Source of the DNA: Yuukianura sp. NJ FZ-2021
Lineage: Eukaryota
Direction: 5' to 3'
Assembly: GCA_046563655.1 (NCBI GenBank)
Contig: CM102287.1
Coordinates: forward strand, 6,076,001-6,140,000
DNA length: 64,000 nucleotides
Part shown: piece by piece, positions 39,504-50,462 of the stretch
Numbering within the stretch: the stretch's first letter is position 1
Layout: the number at the start of each line of letters is the position of its first letter
Notes under the pieces: model-generated
The model's input: only the letters and a program-made list of their open reading frames with translations
Told to the model about the DNA's origin: nothing
Databases searched by the model: none
Position numbers and translations under genes: made by a program

Positions 39504-41230
39504 CTACACTGTGTTAAACTGAATCAACACAATTGCGTAGGTGATGACAGTTCCAAGAATCTGGAAGTTAAAAACATGAAAACTAAAGTGAATAATGTTT
39601 AGCGTCACGATTCAAAATGCAATTCGAATATTAGGTTACCGTTGTCAACATAGACTTCTCCAGGGTAAAATAACCGCATGGAGATATTTTGAAATTGAGG
39701 TTTGCAATGTAGTGGAGCTCTAAATTTGTTAATAGTTTCCGCTCCGCTTCATAAGTACACGGTTCGGTTAGATTGTCGTTGTTGGGGCCATGAAACTTTT
39801 TTCTAAGTTTTTTGGTCAAAAATTTCGTGGTTGTAGCGTCATAGTCCATAGGGCAAAAAATACTCCCCTCATGATTCTGAACAACTTTCATAAGGGTCAT
39901 TTTTGAGATTGTCAGGGGTCACCACTTCAGTTTTTGTACTTTGAAAATTTTCGAGTCCCGATTCTCAAAAAAATGGGAAGGGGGGACCCTTGGGGTCAAA
40001 AATTTTTTTTTGCTCGAAACGTTCCAAAAACGTTTGAAACGTGATAAAAAGTGAAAAAAACGAAAAAAAAATTTTTCGAAATTTTTGACCAAAAAACTTA
40101 GAAAAAAGTTTCATGGCCCCAACAACGACAATCTAACCCACGGTTCGAGAATGGTTTCCTTCATTTTTTCGTACTAAGAAACAACCTTTACGTTAATCGT
40201 TAGTTACAGTTAAACCTTGATTGTAGTTGGTATATGAACTTACAGTGTTTTGAACCATTTCTCCACAATTTGCAAGCACACTGACTCGAACAATGAGAAT
40301 TACTGAGCTAAGGGAAAATGCGGCATGAAAAGCCGGTGGGAAGCTTATCCCGTGGACAATACTTCGGAATACGAAGAACGACGAGATTGAAATTAAGAAT
40401 GTTGCAAGTGCCATGTATGCTAAAAGGAGTTGTTGAAATCCAGAAAGGAATTCCAGAAATATTTTTCTGAGCGCTTTTAATTTTTCCACAATCGCTGAGC
40501 AGCTCGTTCGCTCGCCTTCGTCACTATGTAAAAGTGTCCGAATCTGAATAAATGGTGTGCCACTGCAAGGTTGTTCTTCAAGTCGTCGCGAAATTGCAAT
40601 GGTAACCAGCAATACTGCGAATATGCTCGAAGCAGTAGCAGTAGACAGTAGCATAAAATGTAGCCAAATGGCTCCTCGAATGATGCAACTTGTAGCTCGA
40701 GTGCCGATAATGTTAGCCAGTTGTTCTATAAGGACCAATCTTTGAGTCACTACGTATTCCGCAAAGTAGCCCGACCGAGCAAAGTCCATTACACATGCCA
40801 TACTCCATACAGCAACAAGTGCTGCTTGACTCCAACCGACCAATAGGAAACTCCCGTTTTGGCTTTTTAGTCCAAAAGTTTTGTCGTAGGTTTCCAAACT
40901 TTTGCAGATTTTGATTATTTTTGGAACTGATGAAATCCATAGAACGTAGTAGAGCTCATAAAATACCAAACTAAAACAGCTCAAGATTCCGAAAACTCTC
41001 ATTTGAAATTCAGCATTCCCATTCAAAAGGATATTTTGGAATACATCCAATGTACTCCTGGAAATCAATATGACGAAGATTATACGAAACGTTGTTACCA
41101 GAATAAACCAGACGGAACAAAGGTTTACACGACAGAACCGAAATTTTGCAAATCTCTTAGATTCGAAAGGGAATTGGCCCAGCATTTGCACAATCGTTAC
41201 AAAAATTTCCAACACTTGTATATCATTCAT
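39504..41230 (-). pseudogene. Gustatory receptor, array member B, exon 2 interrupted by a MITE
   Basis: Exon 1 (41230-40243) and exon 3 (ILGTVITYAIVLIQF) are intact. Exon 2 carries a 373-bp insertion that introduces an in-frame TGA after EPWVRLSLLGP. Confidence 0.85.
39766..40138. mobile_element. 373-bp MITE with 62-bp perfect TIRs and an 8-bp TSD (Merlin-like)
   Basis: TIRs 39766-39827/40077-40138 with GG...CC termini; TSD CACGGTTC at 39758-39765 and 40139-40146. Confidence 0.93.
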
Positions 41231-42260
41231 GTTTGCAATTCACAAAGAAGAGATCGCTCTGCGAACAGTACGGTAGCTACTAATCAATTGGCATTTCATT
41301 TGTTATTCTATCACTTTTGTTAAATTGAAATAAAGTAGTATTTCAATAAAAAGCTTGAACTTGTATACAAGCGGTTCATACTTCATACTCGAATCTATAT
41401 TTGCTTCTCAATTGTTAATACACTGAAAGACAGAGAAAAGTGTTGTTTGAAAAAGTGTGTTAGGTTAGGTTAAGTTTGTTCAAGTACTATTGGAATGTGT
41501 ATTCTATCGGAATACTTCAAAAATGGAATTGGAGTGGAAAACGTTTTGAAATTCTTTCTATTTGATTTTAAATGGCGCAGTTTTCCACTTATTTTTTGTC
41601 ATTGTTAAGTTATATGATAGGTTTTCATTAATAGAGTACTGGGTCCATGCCAAGACATAAAAAAAGACCTCAACTAAAAACGTTACACGGCTTATGTTTT
41701 TCTGTTGATGTCTTTTTGTTGTTGTCTTTTGTCTTGATGTATTTTCTGCTGATGTCTTTTTTTATGTATATTGGCGTGCTTCGCATCGAGAGTACTACGG
41801 AATTAGTACATATATAGTTTCTATAACGTTGATTCAATGTAAAACGTTGTGTCAGTATAATACATGACTTCGTATATAACCTTAATATAAATAACATCTA
41901 AAAATTCAACTATTTAAAGCATGTCTAAGTTCAAAGGACACATTTTTTGGATCATACAGTTCTTAGGTTTAGTGAGCCCTTGGAATTAGCTCTTTTGCCC
42001 GCGAAGTTCATACCACACTTGTCTTCAAAATTGCAAAGGGGAAGGCACAAAGTCCATAAGAAAGTGTCCTTGGTGGTATTCGAACGAAATTTTTACCAGT
42101 TGCTATGGTCAATACTGGGAGCATATGTGTAAATTTTCAGCCCCCCAGAAACGATAGGCCAAGGGTAACTGGGGGTCAAAGGTCACCATGTCATCCTATG
42201 ACGACCCCATGCAAGTAGCATATCGTTGGAACCGGCTTGATCTCCTGATTCAGAAAATAT

Positions 42261-42645
42261 TGTTCGGACTTTGACCTCGTGTCAAACCCGAGCTGAGAGT
42301 CTCCTTATGAGACGTACGACTCAAAACACGGCAAAAAGAACGGAAGGCAAAAGGCAAGACAAGAAGTCCAATTGTTTCAGCTTTATTTTGGACTTGACTT
42401 GTCAACGGACAAAAAGCAACTTACATACTAAAGGTCACGGTGGGTTTCTTCGTTGACGTTGGGTTGGTTTGGGCGGGAAAATGCTTGTTTCTTAAAGCTA
42501 AAAATACACACAAGTTACAAACTAAAATCATACATGCTAGGAAATCATAAGCTAAAATGGAAAATGTAAGAAGAAAAAGGCAGTAAAAAATGGTAAAATG
42601 CATGAGTAATTATGTGCTAAAAATAATCACTGTTCCTTCGGAACA
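42261..42645 (-). repeat. 3' LTR of the BEL/Pao element
   Basis: Direct repeat of 48194-48578; contains the polyprotein stop codon. Confidence 0.95.
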
Positions 42646-45600
42646 TCTTCCGAGGCCGGGAGAGCTGGTGGGACCAGGGCATCTTTGGATCCATCTTGGA
42701 GAATTGGCGCATGCTCAATTGGTAGGGGGGCAATTCTGGTAATCGGTCGGCGTAGAATCTTTCCTTGGGGTGTCCGTATGTCAGCTACACGAACCTTTCC
42801 ATCTGCTCCTGGGTAGACGGCTTCCACACGGGCTAAATTCCAGTGGTGACTGGAGAAGGTGTCATCCGAATCTTGAACCAAGACGAGGACTCCGGGCTCC
42901 AAATTCGGTTGTGGTTGGCACCATTTTGGACGAGATTGGAGAGTGGCGATGTACTCCTGCGTGAATCGTTGCCAAAAATGTTGCGCAAACTGTTGAACAA
43001 TCTCCCATCGATCCAAGCGATTGAGGGGAGTCTTCATGTGGTTGTAGGCTGGGATGGAGTGTAGAGTATCTCCGATCAAGAAGTGCGCAGGCGTAAGTAC
43101 ATCGAATCCGGTAGGCTCAGAGTTCAATGGCACTAGTGGACGGGAGTTGAGGGCTGCTTCAACTTGCACTAAAAGTGTACCAAATTCCTCTAATGATAGG
43201 TGGCGGTCACCAACAATTCGTCGGAGATGAAGCTTGGCACTTTTTACCGCAGCTTCAAAAAGTCCTCCATGATGAGGCCCATAGGGGGGGTTAAACCGAA
43301 AGTCGATTCCTTTTTCTTTAGCAAACGTGGTCACTTGGCTTTGAAATTCCGTTGAGTCGATAATCTTTTGAAGGTCATCAAGCTCATTTTTGGCTCCTAC
43401 AAAGTTGCTACCATTGTCGCACACTATGGTGCGAGGGAGTCCACGACGCGACACAAAACGAGTGAGTGCAGCGATAAACGATGGAGTGGAGAGGCTGCCA
43501 ACTAACTCTAAGTGCACGGCCTTTGTCGCTGCGCAGACCAGTACACAAAAGTAGTGTTTCTCGAGGCGTGGTCTTCTTCCTGGAACTGTTGCGAGGACGA
43601 ATGGTCCTGCAAAATCCAATGCGGTGGTAATGAAAGGTCGAAGGTTAGAGGTCACACGATACTCTGGCAATGGTGCCATGAGTTGGCGGAGTGGTATGGG
43701 GTTAGCCCTGTGGCACTTTACACATTTTCGCACTATTCTTTTTACGGTAGTAGGTCCATCAGAAATCCAAAACTTGTCACGCAGGATGCATAACAGTAAG
43801 GTGGGACCGGCGTGTAAGTGTTCTTGATGGATGTGACGTATGAGTACTTCTGTGAAGTGGTGGTCCTTTGGGAGAAGCATTGGATGTTTTTTGTTGAAGT
43901 GGAAGTTACTTTGACCTAAACGTCCCCCCACACGGAGGATGCCTTGGTCATCGAGAAACGGAGAGAGAAACTTAACTCTTTTTGATGAGGGGGCACTTCC
44001 ACTACTAATGAAACGAATTTCATTAGAAAAGGCTTGACCTTGGATGACCTTGACGATGGCCAGGAGTGCATCTTCCAATTCCTGGGCTGTTAAGGGGGAG
44101 TTGTCTTTCACTTTAGTCATTGCACATTTCATAAAACGCTGACCTGATGCCACGAACGTTTTCATCTTATGGAGAGAGGATGTGGAGTTGATGAATTCCA
44201 GAAGTGGTGGTAAAGGTGAGTTCACACCGACTGAACAAACATTCACTATGGGTGGCACTTGAACGAACTTGACCCACGGTGGTCCATTGAGCCAAAGTGG
44301 GTTGGTTAGGAATTCCTTGGCGGAGATTCCACGAGAAGGAAGGTCGGCTGGATTCTCGGATCCAATAACATGGTTCCACTGGGCGGTCGGAAGTAGTTGT
44401 GTAATAGTACGCACTCGGTTCAACACAAAAATTTCGCGCTTGCGCGGTGAGTCGGAACCGGGCTTTAGCCAGCCAAGGACACTGGTAGAGTCAGAAAAGC
44501 ACATGACACTGTTCACTTTCACTGGGAGGGCATCAATGACGGTTTTCAAAAATCTGGCGAGTAATTTTGCTCCTTCCAGTTCTGACCTTGGAGTAGTTTC
44601 ACCTTTGACGGGGGTAACTTTAGTTTTTGACCCTATGAGGGTGACAGTGACATCGGAGGGGGTCTGTACACGAATGTAGACAACTGCAGCTTGAGCTCGG
44701 TTAGATGCATCGCAGAATCCAAAAAGTTGGTACTGCGCATGCTCGCTGCTACTTTCGTCTGGACGGAAGTAGCACCTTGGGGCCACGAAATCAGCAAGGC
44801 AGGGGAGGTCAGAAACGTAGTTGTTCCATTTTTTCAAAAGATCACTTGAGATGGGGTCATCCCAGTTGACCTTGGACTTCCACACTTCTTGGAGTAGGAT
44901 TTTTGCACGAATAGTCACTGGAGAGAGAAAACCTAATGGATCGTAGAGTTTGGCTACGGCTGAAAGGATTGACCTTTTGGTGACCTTGGATGGGTTAGAG
45001 ATGGGTGGCACCACTACAGTCATTGTATCGGTTGAGGGTACCCACCTAAGTCCAAGAGTAGGGAGGCCTTCGGGGTCACAAATGAGGAGTGGGGAGTTGA
45101 CCTCTCGCTCTTCCGGTGGAATGCTGGACAGCAAACTTGGGACATTCGATGCCCACTTGCAAAGTGGGAACTGGCCTTTAGCCATCACTTCATGTAAAAC
45201 ACTTTGCACATGCGTAGCGCGCTCTAGGGAAAAGGCACCAGTCAACACATTGTCAACTAAAATGTCTTTTTTCACAATGTCGGTTATGGTGGGGTCACAG
45301 CACTCATCTTCAAACAATTTGTGCAGGGCACGTATTGCTAGGTATGGGGCGGGAGACACTCCGAAACACAAACGACGGAAGCGTAGATGCTGTAGGGGCA
45401 TCTCAGGAGACTCACGAAACACTAGGCGCTGAAAATCCTTGTGCGCATGCGCAATCCAAATTTGCGTAAAAAACTTGGCGATGTCAGCAGAAATGACATA
45501 GGGGAAGGCACGGAACCTCACAAGTAGTGGAATTAGATCCACTTGTAATTTTGGGCCTGGGTACAAAATGTCGTTAAGGGAGGGGCCCTTAGTTGTTTTG

Positions 45601-48122
45601 GCGGAACAATCAAAAACGATGCGTAGTTTGGTGGAAGTGGATGTCTCCTTCACAACATGGGAATACGGCATGTAGTATGACGTTTCTGGCGAAATGCGAA
45701 TTTCATGGGGGGGGATGACCTCCATGACCCCTGAGGTCAAGTTAGCCTTGAAGTACTCTTTGTAGGCAGTACACACTTCACTGTTCTGGTGGATTCGTCG
45801 TTCCGTAGAGTGGAAACGGCGAATGGCATTGGCGAGGGACCCACCCATGGGGGGGTGAACATCACGAAATGGCAATTCCACGGTGAATCTGCCACTGAGG
45901 TCACGGGTTGTTGTTGCGAGGAAACGAGATTCACAAATTGAGTCTTGGATTGACCTTGGTACACTCACTGTATCAGGTTCCTCTGATTCCCAGAACTTTT
46001 GAACAAGTTGTTCCAAATCTGGTTTGGTGGGACAGAGCACGCTAGAACCTGGGTGTTGAGCGGGTAGGGATTCCCTGGCGGGTACCAATCTGCACTCTCC
46101 GCTACTGGGCGAGCCGACTCCGGCACCCTCCCCAGGGAGGGGGATCCCGCTCACTACAGTAGCGTTGCACTTGGGCATTTGGGTGGGCATTTTGGGTACA
46201 CTGGGTACTGGGTACTCACCGGTTAGGATCCACCCGAACGGAGTGTTTTCTGCTGATGGCATTCCTGGTGGTCCGTGGATTAGTCCACCGGACTTGATTT
46301 TGGTGGCGAAACGGTTGCCCAGTAGAATATCCACTGGGTGGGGATCGAAGAACCCTGGATCGGCAAGATCCAAATCTACCAAATGGGGAAATGACCTTTG
46401 ACACTTCACTTGGGGCATGTTTCCACTTGTTATTTTGTCCACTACATCAGCTTCGATGGGTAGGGAGTAACCGTTAAGGCGGGACACTAAGGTCACTTTC
46501 ACTCTACCATGGGTGGTGGGGCCTGCAACTCCACTAATTCCAGTAACTGAAATGGGGGTACCGTAAGGTTTGAAACCGAGACGGCGGGCTAAATCACTCG
46601 AAATAAACTCCACTTCACTACCATTGTCAACAAACACACGGGCGGGGTGGGGTTGACCTTTGAGGTCAAGGACGTTGACCTTGATGGTAGCGAGTAGAAC
46701 ATGAGAAGAGTGGGTGATTCCGAATGAGCAGTTTGAGTAACTGACAGTATCTCTAGGTGGAGGTGGGTGTGACCCTTGACCTGGTGGGGCATTGGTGGGG
46801 CGGGAACGATCATGGTGGAGTAAGGTGTGGTGGCGTTTACTACACTTTTGGCACACAAACTTGGAGGTACACTCATTGGCAGAATGCTTGGACGAAAAGC
46901 AGTTGAAACACAGGCGGGACTTTTTCACAAGGTCACTGCGGTCATTTGGAGAAAGTGACGAAAACTTTTGGCAACAATTCAATGGATGAAATGGTTCCAT
47001 GCAGCAGACACACTGTCCACTTGGTGGGGCGGGAGCGGCGGTGGCCGCGAACACTTTTCCTTGCATGGTGGGACGAGGTGGGTTTGACCTTTTGACCTCT
47101 GAGGTCGAATTTTGTTGTTTTTTGGATCTACCTGCGTTGTCATCCAGTGCGCATGCGCGCATCTCCAAAAATTCTAGAAATGGTTCTAGGGTGGGTAGGC
47201 TAGTGTCCTGGGTGAGGAGCCACTCACGGCGGGTGTCCTCGTCCAACTTCTTAAATGTCCAAAATACTAGAATGACATCCCAGTATTGAACGGGAATTTC
47301 TTGTGACTTGAGAGAGCGGACAACTTCATTGACGAGATCCACCACAGCACGCAAATCAGTGGCGGAGTCGGTTGCTCTTCTCAACTCATACAATTTGCGT
47401 AAATGTGCAAAAGCTATTTCACGTGGATTTGCATACCTTTTTTGCACAAGTTCCCAAGCGTCTGGATAGGAGTTGTTGGACGTTGAGAAGTTCTGGATTA
47501 TGGCTAGAGCGTTTCCTGTGAGCGAAGTACGCAAATGAACCATCTTCTCGGCGTTGGATAGGCTTGGATTGTTGTGGACTGCTGAGGTGAAGAGGTCACG
47601 GAACTCTTCCCAGGCGGCAAAGGATCCATCGAAGGTCGGCAGCTTGACTCGTTCAAGCTTAAAGTTGGACTTGGAGGATTCGGACTGTTGCGCATGCGCT
47701 TTACGAGTTTTATAAAGTAATTTTGTACCTGCATCTAAGATGTCCTCTACAGCGTCGAAGCGTCCGATGTTGTTGGCGTAGATCTGTTTGTAGTCCTTAA
47801 GAGCAGCTACGGCGGTAACAAACTTTTGTTTCCAGTCACTGCACTGGAGTTCCATTGCTTTAAACTTTTTGTCGTATGTTGCTAAGTCGGAATCGTCGAA
47901 CACTGCATCGACACAGGCGACGAACTTCTCGTGGAGACGTTTGGCGTCATGGTGTAGCACTCCGATGCCAAACACACAAGTCTCCATATTAGGAATTGGC
48001 ATTGGGACTTCACCGGTGTCACTAGTTACTTTTTCTGTTGTTTTCACCACTTTCTCGATGGCTTTCGGCACTTTTTCTGCGGACTTTGGGGCACTAGTGC
48101 TGGATTTGTCTTGATCCGACAT
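42627..48122 (-). CDS. BEL/Pao Gag-Pol polyprotein (1831 aa): Gag, 3 Zn knuckles, aspartic protease, RT, RNase H, integrase
   Basis: LPTFDG gag motif; CFNC..H...C and CQKC...HHTLLH knuckles; VDNGS protease; ADIAK/FGV/LVDN RT; GFCDAS RNase H; H-H-C-C plus LDFAGP/CDNG/FEAAVKS integrase. Confidence 0.96.
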   Translation of the reverse strand: MSDQDKSSTSAPKSAEKVPKAIEKVVKTTEKVTSDTGEVPMPIPNMETCVFGIGVLHHDAKRLHEKFVACVDAVFDDSDLATYDKKFKAMELQCSDWKQKFVTAVAALKDYKQIYANNIGRFDAVEDILDAGTKLLYKTRKAHAQQSESSKSNFKLERVKLPTFDGSFAAWEEFRDLFTSAVHNNPSLSNAEKMVHLRTSLTGNALAIIQNFSTSNNSYPDAWELVQKRYANPREIAFAHLRKLYELRRATDSATDLRAVVDLVNEVVRSLKSQEIPVQYWDVILVFWTFKKLDEDTRREWLLTQDTSLPTLEPFLEFLEMRACALDDNAGRSKKQQNSTSEVKRSNPPRPTMQGKVFAATAAPAPPSGQCVCCMEPFHPLNCCQKFSSLSPNDRSDLVKKSRLCFNCFSSKHSANECTSKFVCQKCSKRHHTLLHHDRSRPTNAPPGQGSHPPPPRDTVSYSNCSFGITHSSHVLLATIKVNVLDLKGQPHPARVFVDNGSEVEFISSDLARRLGFKPYGTPISVTGISGVAGPTTHGRVKVTLVSRLNGYSLPIEADVVDKITSGNMPQVKCQRSFPHLVDLDLADPGFFDPHPVDILLGNRFATKIKSGGLIHGPPGMPSAENTPFGWILTGEYPVPSVPKMPTQMPKCNATVVSGIPLPGEGAGVGSPSSGECRLVPARESLPAQHPGSSVLCPTKPDLEQLVQKFWESEEPDTVSVPRSIQDSICESRFLATTTRDLSGRFTVELPFRDVHPPMGGSLANAIRRFHSTERRIHQNSEVCTAYKEYFKANLTSGVMEVIPPHEIRISPETSYYMPYSHVVKETSTSTKLRIVFDCSAKTTKGPSLNDILYPGPKLQVDLIPLLVRFRAFPYVISADIAKFFTQIWIAHAHKDFQRLVFRESPEMPLQHLRFRRLCFGVSPAPYLAIRALHKLFEDECCDPTITDIVKKDILVDNVLTGAFSLERATHVQSVLHEVMAKGQFPLCKWASNVPSLLSSIPPEEREVNSPLLICDPEGLPTLGLRWVPSTDTMTVVVPPISNPSKVTKRSILSAVAKLYDPLGFLSPVTIRAKILLQEVWKSKVNWDDPISSDLLKKWNNYVSDLPCLADFVAPRCYFRPDESSSEHAQYQLFGFCDASNRAQAAVVYIRVQTPSDVTVTLIGSKTKVTPVKGETTPRSELEGAKLLARFLKTVIDALPVKVNSVMCFSDSTSVLGWLKPGSDSPRKREIFVLNRVRTITQLLPTAQWNHVIGSENPADLPSRGISAKEFLTNPLWLNGPPWVKFVQVPPIVNVCSVGVNSPLPPLLEFINSTSSLHKMKTFVASGQRFMKCAMTKVKDNSPLTAQELEDALLAIVKVIQGQAFSNEIRFISSGSAPSSKRVKFLSPFLDDQGILRVGGRLGQSNFHFNKKHPMLLPKDHHFTEVLIRHIHQEHLHAGPTLLLCILRDKFWISDGPTTVKRIVRKCVKCHRANPIPLRQLMAPLPEYRVTSNLRPFITTALDFAGPFVLATVPGRRPRLEKHYFCVLVCAATKAVHLELVGSLSTPSFIAALTRFVSRRGLPRTIVCDNGSNFVGAKNELDDLQKIIDSTEFQSQVTTFAKEKGIDFRFNPPYGPHHGGLFEAAVKSAKLHLRRIVGDRHLSLEEFGTLLVQVEAALNSRPLVPLNSEPTGFDVLTPAHFLIGDTLHSIPAYNHMKTPLNRLDRWEIVQQFAQHFWQRFTQEYIATLQSRPKWCQPQPNLEPGVLVLVQDSDDTFSSHHWNLARVEAVYPGADGKVRVADIRTPQGKILRRPITRIAPLPIEHAPILQDGSKDALVPPALPASEDVPKEQ

Positions 48123-48193
48123 GGTGGGACGAAAGCACTACTGAACGTTGGAAAAAGTTTTAAAAACTGGCTAGGTCACACAATTGGAAAAGA

Positions 48194-48578
48194 TGTTCGG
48201 ACTTTGACCTCGTGTCAAACCCGAGCTGAGAGTCTCCTTATGAGACGTACGACTCAAAACACGGCAAAAAGAACGGAAGGCAAAAGGCAAGACAAGAAGT
48301 CCAATTGTTTCAGCTTTATTTTGGACTTGACTTGTCAACGGACAAAAAGCAACTTACATACTAAAGGTCACGGTGGGTTTCTTCGTTGACGTTGGGTTGG
48401 TTTGGGCGGGAAAATGCTTGTTTCTTAAAGCTAAAAATACACACAAGTTACAAACTAAAATCATACATGCTAGGAAATCATAAGCTAAAATGGAAAATGT
48501 AAGAAGAAAAAGGCAGTAAAAAATGGTAAAATGCATGAGTAATTATGTGCTAAAAATAATCACTGTTCCTTCGGAACA
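48194..48578 (-). repeat. 5' LTR of the BEL/Pao element
   Basis: Direct repeat of 42261-42645; lies 72 bp upstream of the gag ATG. Confidence 0.95.
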
Positions 48579-48994
48579 AATATATATATGTCGCTATCTA
48601 TGACGTAAGGCAACAAAGTTACGGCGACTTTAATTTTGAAACCCATGTCGCACTCGATCTCCCATTTCCAACTTCGACAAGTTATATGCAGTAACTTTGT
48701 TGCCTTACGTCGTAGATAGCGACATATATATATTTTCTGAATCAGGAGATCAAGCCGGTTCCAACGATATGCTACTTGCATGGGGTCGTCATAGGATGAC
48801 ATGGTGACCTTTGACCCCCAGTTACCCTTGACCTATCGTTTCTGGGGGGCTGAAAATTTACACATATGCTCCCAGTATTGACCATAGCAACTGGTAAAAA
48901 TTTTGTTCGAATACCACCAAGGACACTTTCTTATGGACTTTGTGCCTTCCCCTTTTCAGATTTTTTAGCTCAAAAGTACATATAGTGAAAAGTT

Positions 48995-50462
48995 TTATGC
49001 AGGATTAAGTTGAATAAGGACAATTGTATAAGTGACGACGACTCCCAGAATCTGCAAATCAACAATTTCATAACTTTAATTTTGTGCATTGATTTTGAGA
49101 ATATAATTTTATAATTTAAAATGTAAGTTACTCTTGTTAGCGTTGACTTTTCCAAGGTAAAATAGCCATACGGTGAAATTTGGAAATTGATGTTGGAAAC
49201 GTAGAGTTTCAATTCCAAAATTAAAAGTTTCTGTTCAATGCTTGATCCCTCATTGGTTGACTTCTCAAGGATGACTTCCTTCAATTTCTTGTACTTTACA
49301 AAGTCAAGGAACACAGTAATAAAAATATTAAGTACTTAGTTTGTAAATGCTATGTATATTTTAATGTTGTTGTGATGTATTAAAAAATCTAGTATATAGT
49401 TGTACGTGGCATTAGTTTATGCAAACTCACAGTGCTTTGAACCATTTCTCCACAGTTTGCCAGAAAGACCATTCGAACAATCAGCATTACAGCGCCAGCA
49501 GGGAATGATACAAGAAATGGAACTGAGAACTGACTGAGGCCATTGACAATGGTGCGAAAGACGAAGAACGACGTAATGCAAAGCAGCGATGTCCCAAACG
49601 CCATATACAACAGAAAAAGCCGCTGAAGAGTAGCTACGACTTCACTAAATATTTTTCGTAGTGCCTTCAGTTTTTCAAAAACGGTCGCATGATCTGTACT
49701 TTCTATCATCCATCGAACTCCCGGATTGTTGCTAACTTCGGTAAATGCCTTGCTCTTGTTTATTTGTATACACTCATCTTTAGTTTTGCTGTTCAAGTCT
49801 TTTCCAACTTGTTCAAGTCTCCTACAAATTGAAGCTATAACGAAGAACACTGCGAATAGACTGAGAGCGGTAGTAGTCGATAGTAGCGTATAATTCAGCG
49901 TAATGGCTCCTTGAAAAATATTATTTGTTGGTTGAACTCCGATAAGATCAGCCAGTTTTTCCGTAAGGGTCCACCCCTTAGTAAAATTATGTCCCACCAT
50001 GTATTCTGAGCGAGTAAAATCCAAAAAACACGCAATAGTCCATGTAGTAAAAAGTGCTGCTTGACTCCAGCCGACCAATAGGATCCTAGCGTTTTGACTT
50101 TCAACTGCAAAGACTTTGTCGTACTGCTCCAAGCGTTTCCAGGTTTTGATTATTTTGGGAATTGAAGACACCCATAGGACGTAATAGAGTTCATAAAATA
50201 TGAAGCTTATGGAGGTCCGTATCATGTATATTTTCATTTGAAATGAAGCACTCTCATTCAAAATGGTAACTTGATATAAATTTGCTGTAGCTCTCAAAAT
50301 TATAATAGCGCCAATTCCAATAAAAGACGATACAAGGATCCACCACACATAGCGGAAGTTACGGCAGATACAAAATTTTTCAAATTTTGTCGATTCAAAG
50401 GGGAGTTGGCCCAAGATTTTTACAATTTGTACACAAATTTCGAACACTTGGAAATCCTTCAT
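48995..50462 (-). CDS. Gustatory receptor, array member C
   Basis: Exons 50462-49431, 49293-49132 and ~49051-48995; ISPYGYFTLEKS and VVVTYTIVLIQL. Confidence 0.9.

Larger units (their letters stand above)
42261..48578 (-). mobile_element. Full-length BEL/Pao LTR retrotransposon
   Basis: 385-bp LTRs (TGTT...AACA) at 42261-42645 and 48194-48578, with no differences seen by eye. 5-bp TSD AATAT at 42256-42260 and 48579-48583. Single gag-pol ORF. Confidence 0.97.
42038..48952. mobile_element. Foldback MITE (~592 bp, ~260-bp arms) split by the LTR retrotransposon insertion
   Basis: 42038-42260 is the near-perfect reverse complement of ~48730-48952. The arm continues at 48584-48622, pairing with 48691-48729. 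Confidence 0.88.

Noticed and set aside
41633..41796. Possible small MITE with AGAGTACT direct repeats and internal GACATAAAAAAAGAC-like inverted repeats
   Set aside because: The termini are not clearly inverted and the sequence is low complexity; support is too weak.
42770..48114. Numerous antisense ORFs within the BEL element, and likewise within the LINE
   Set aside because: Expected shadows of long coding sequences; no env-like or other domain recognised.
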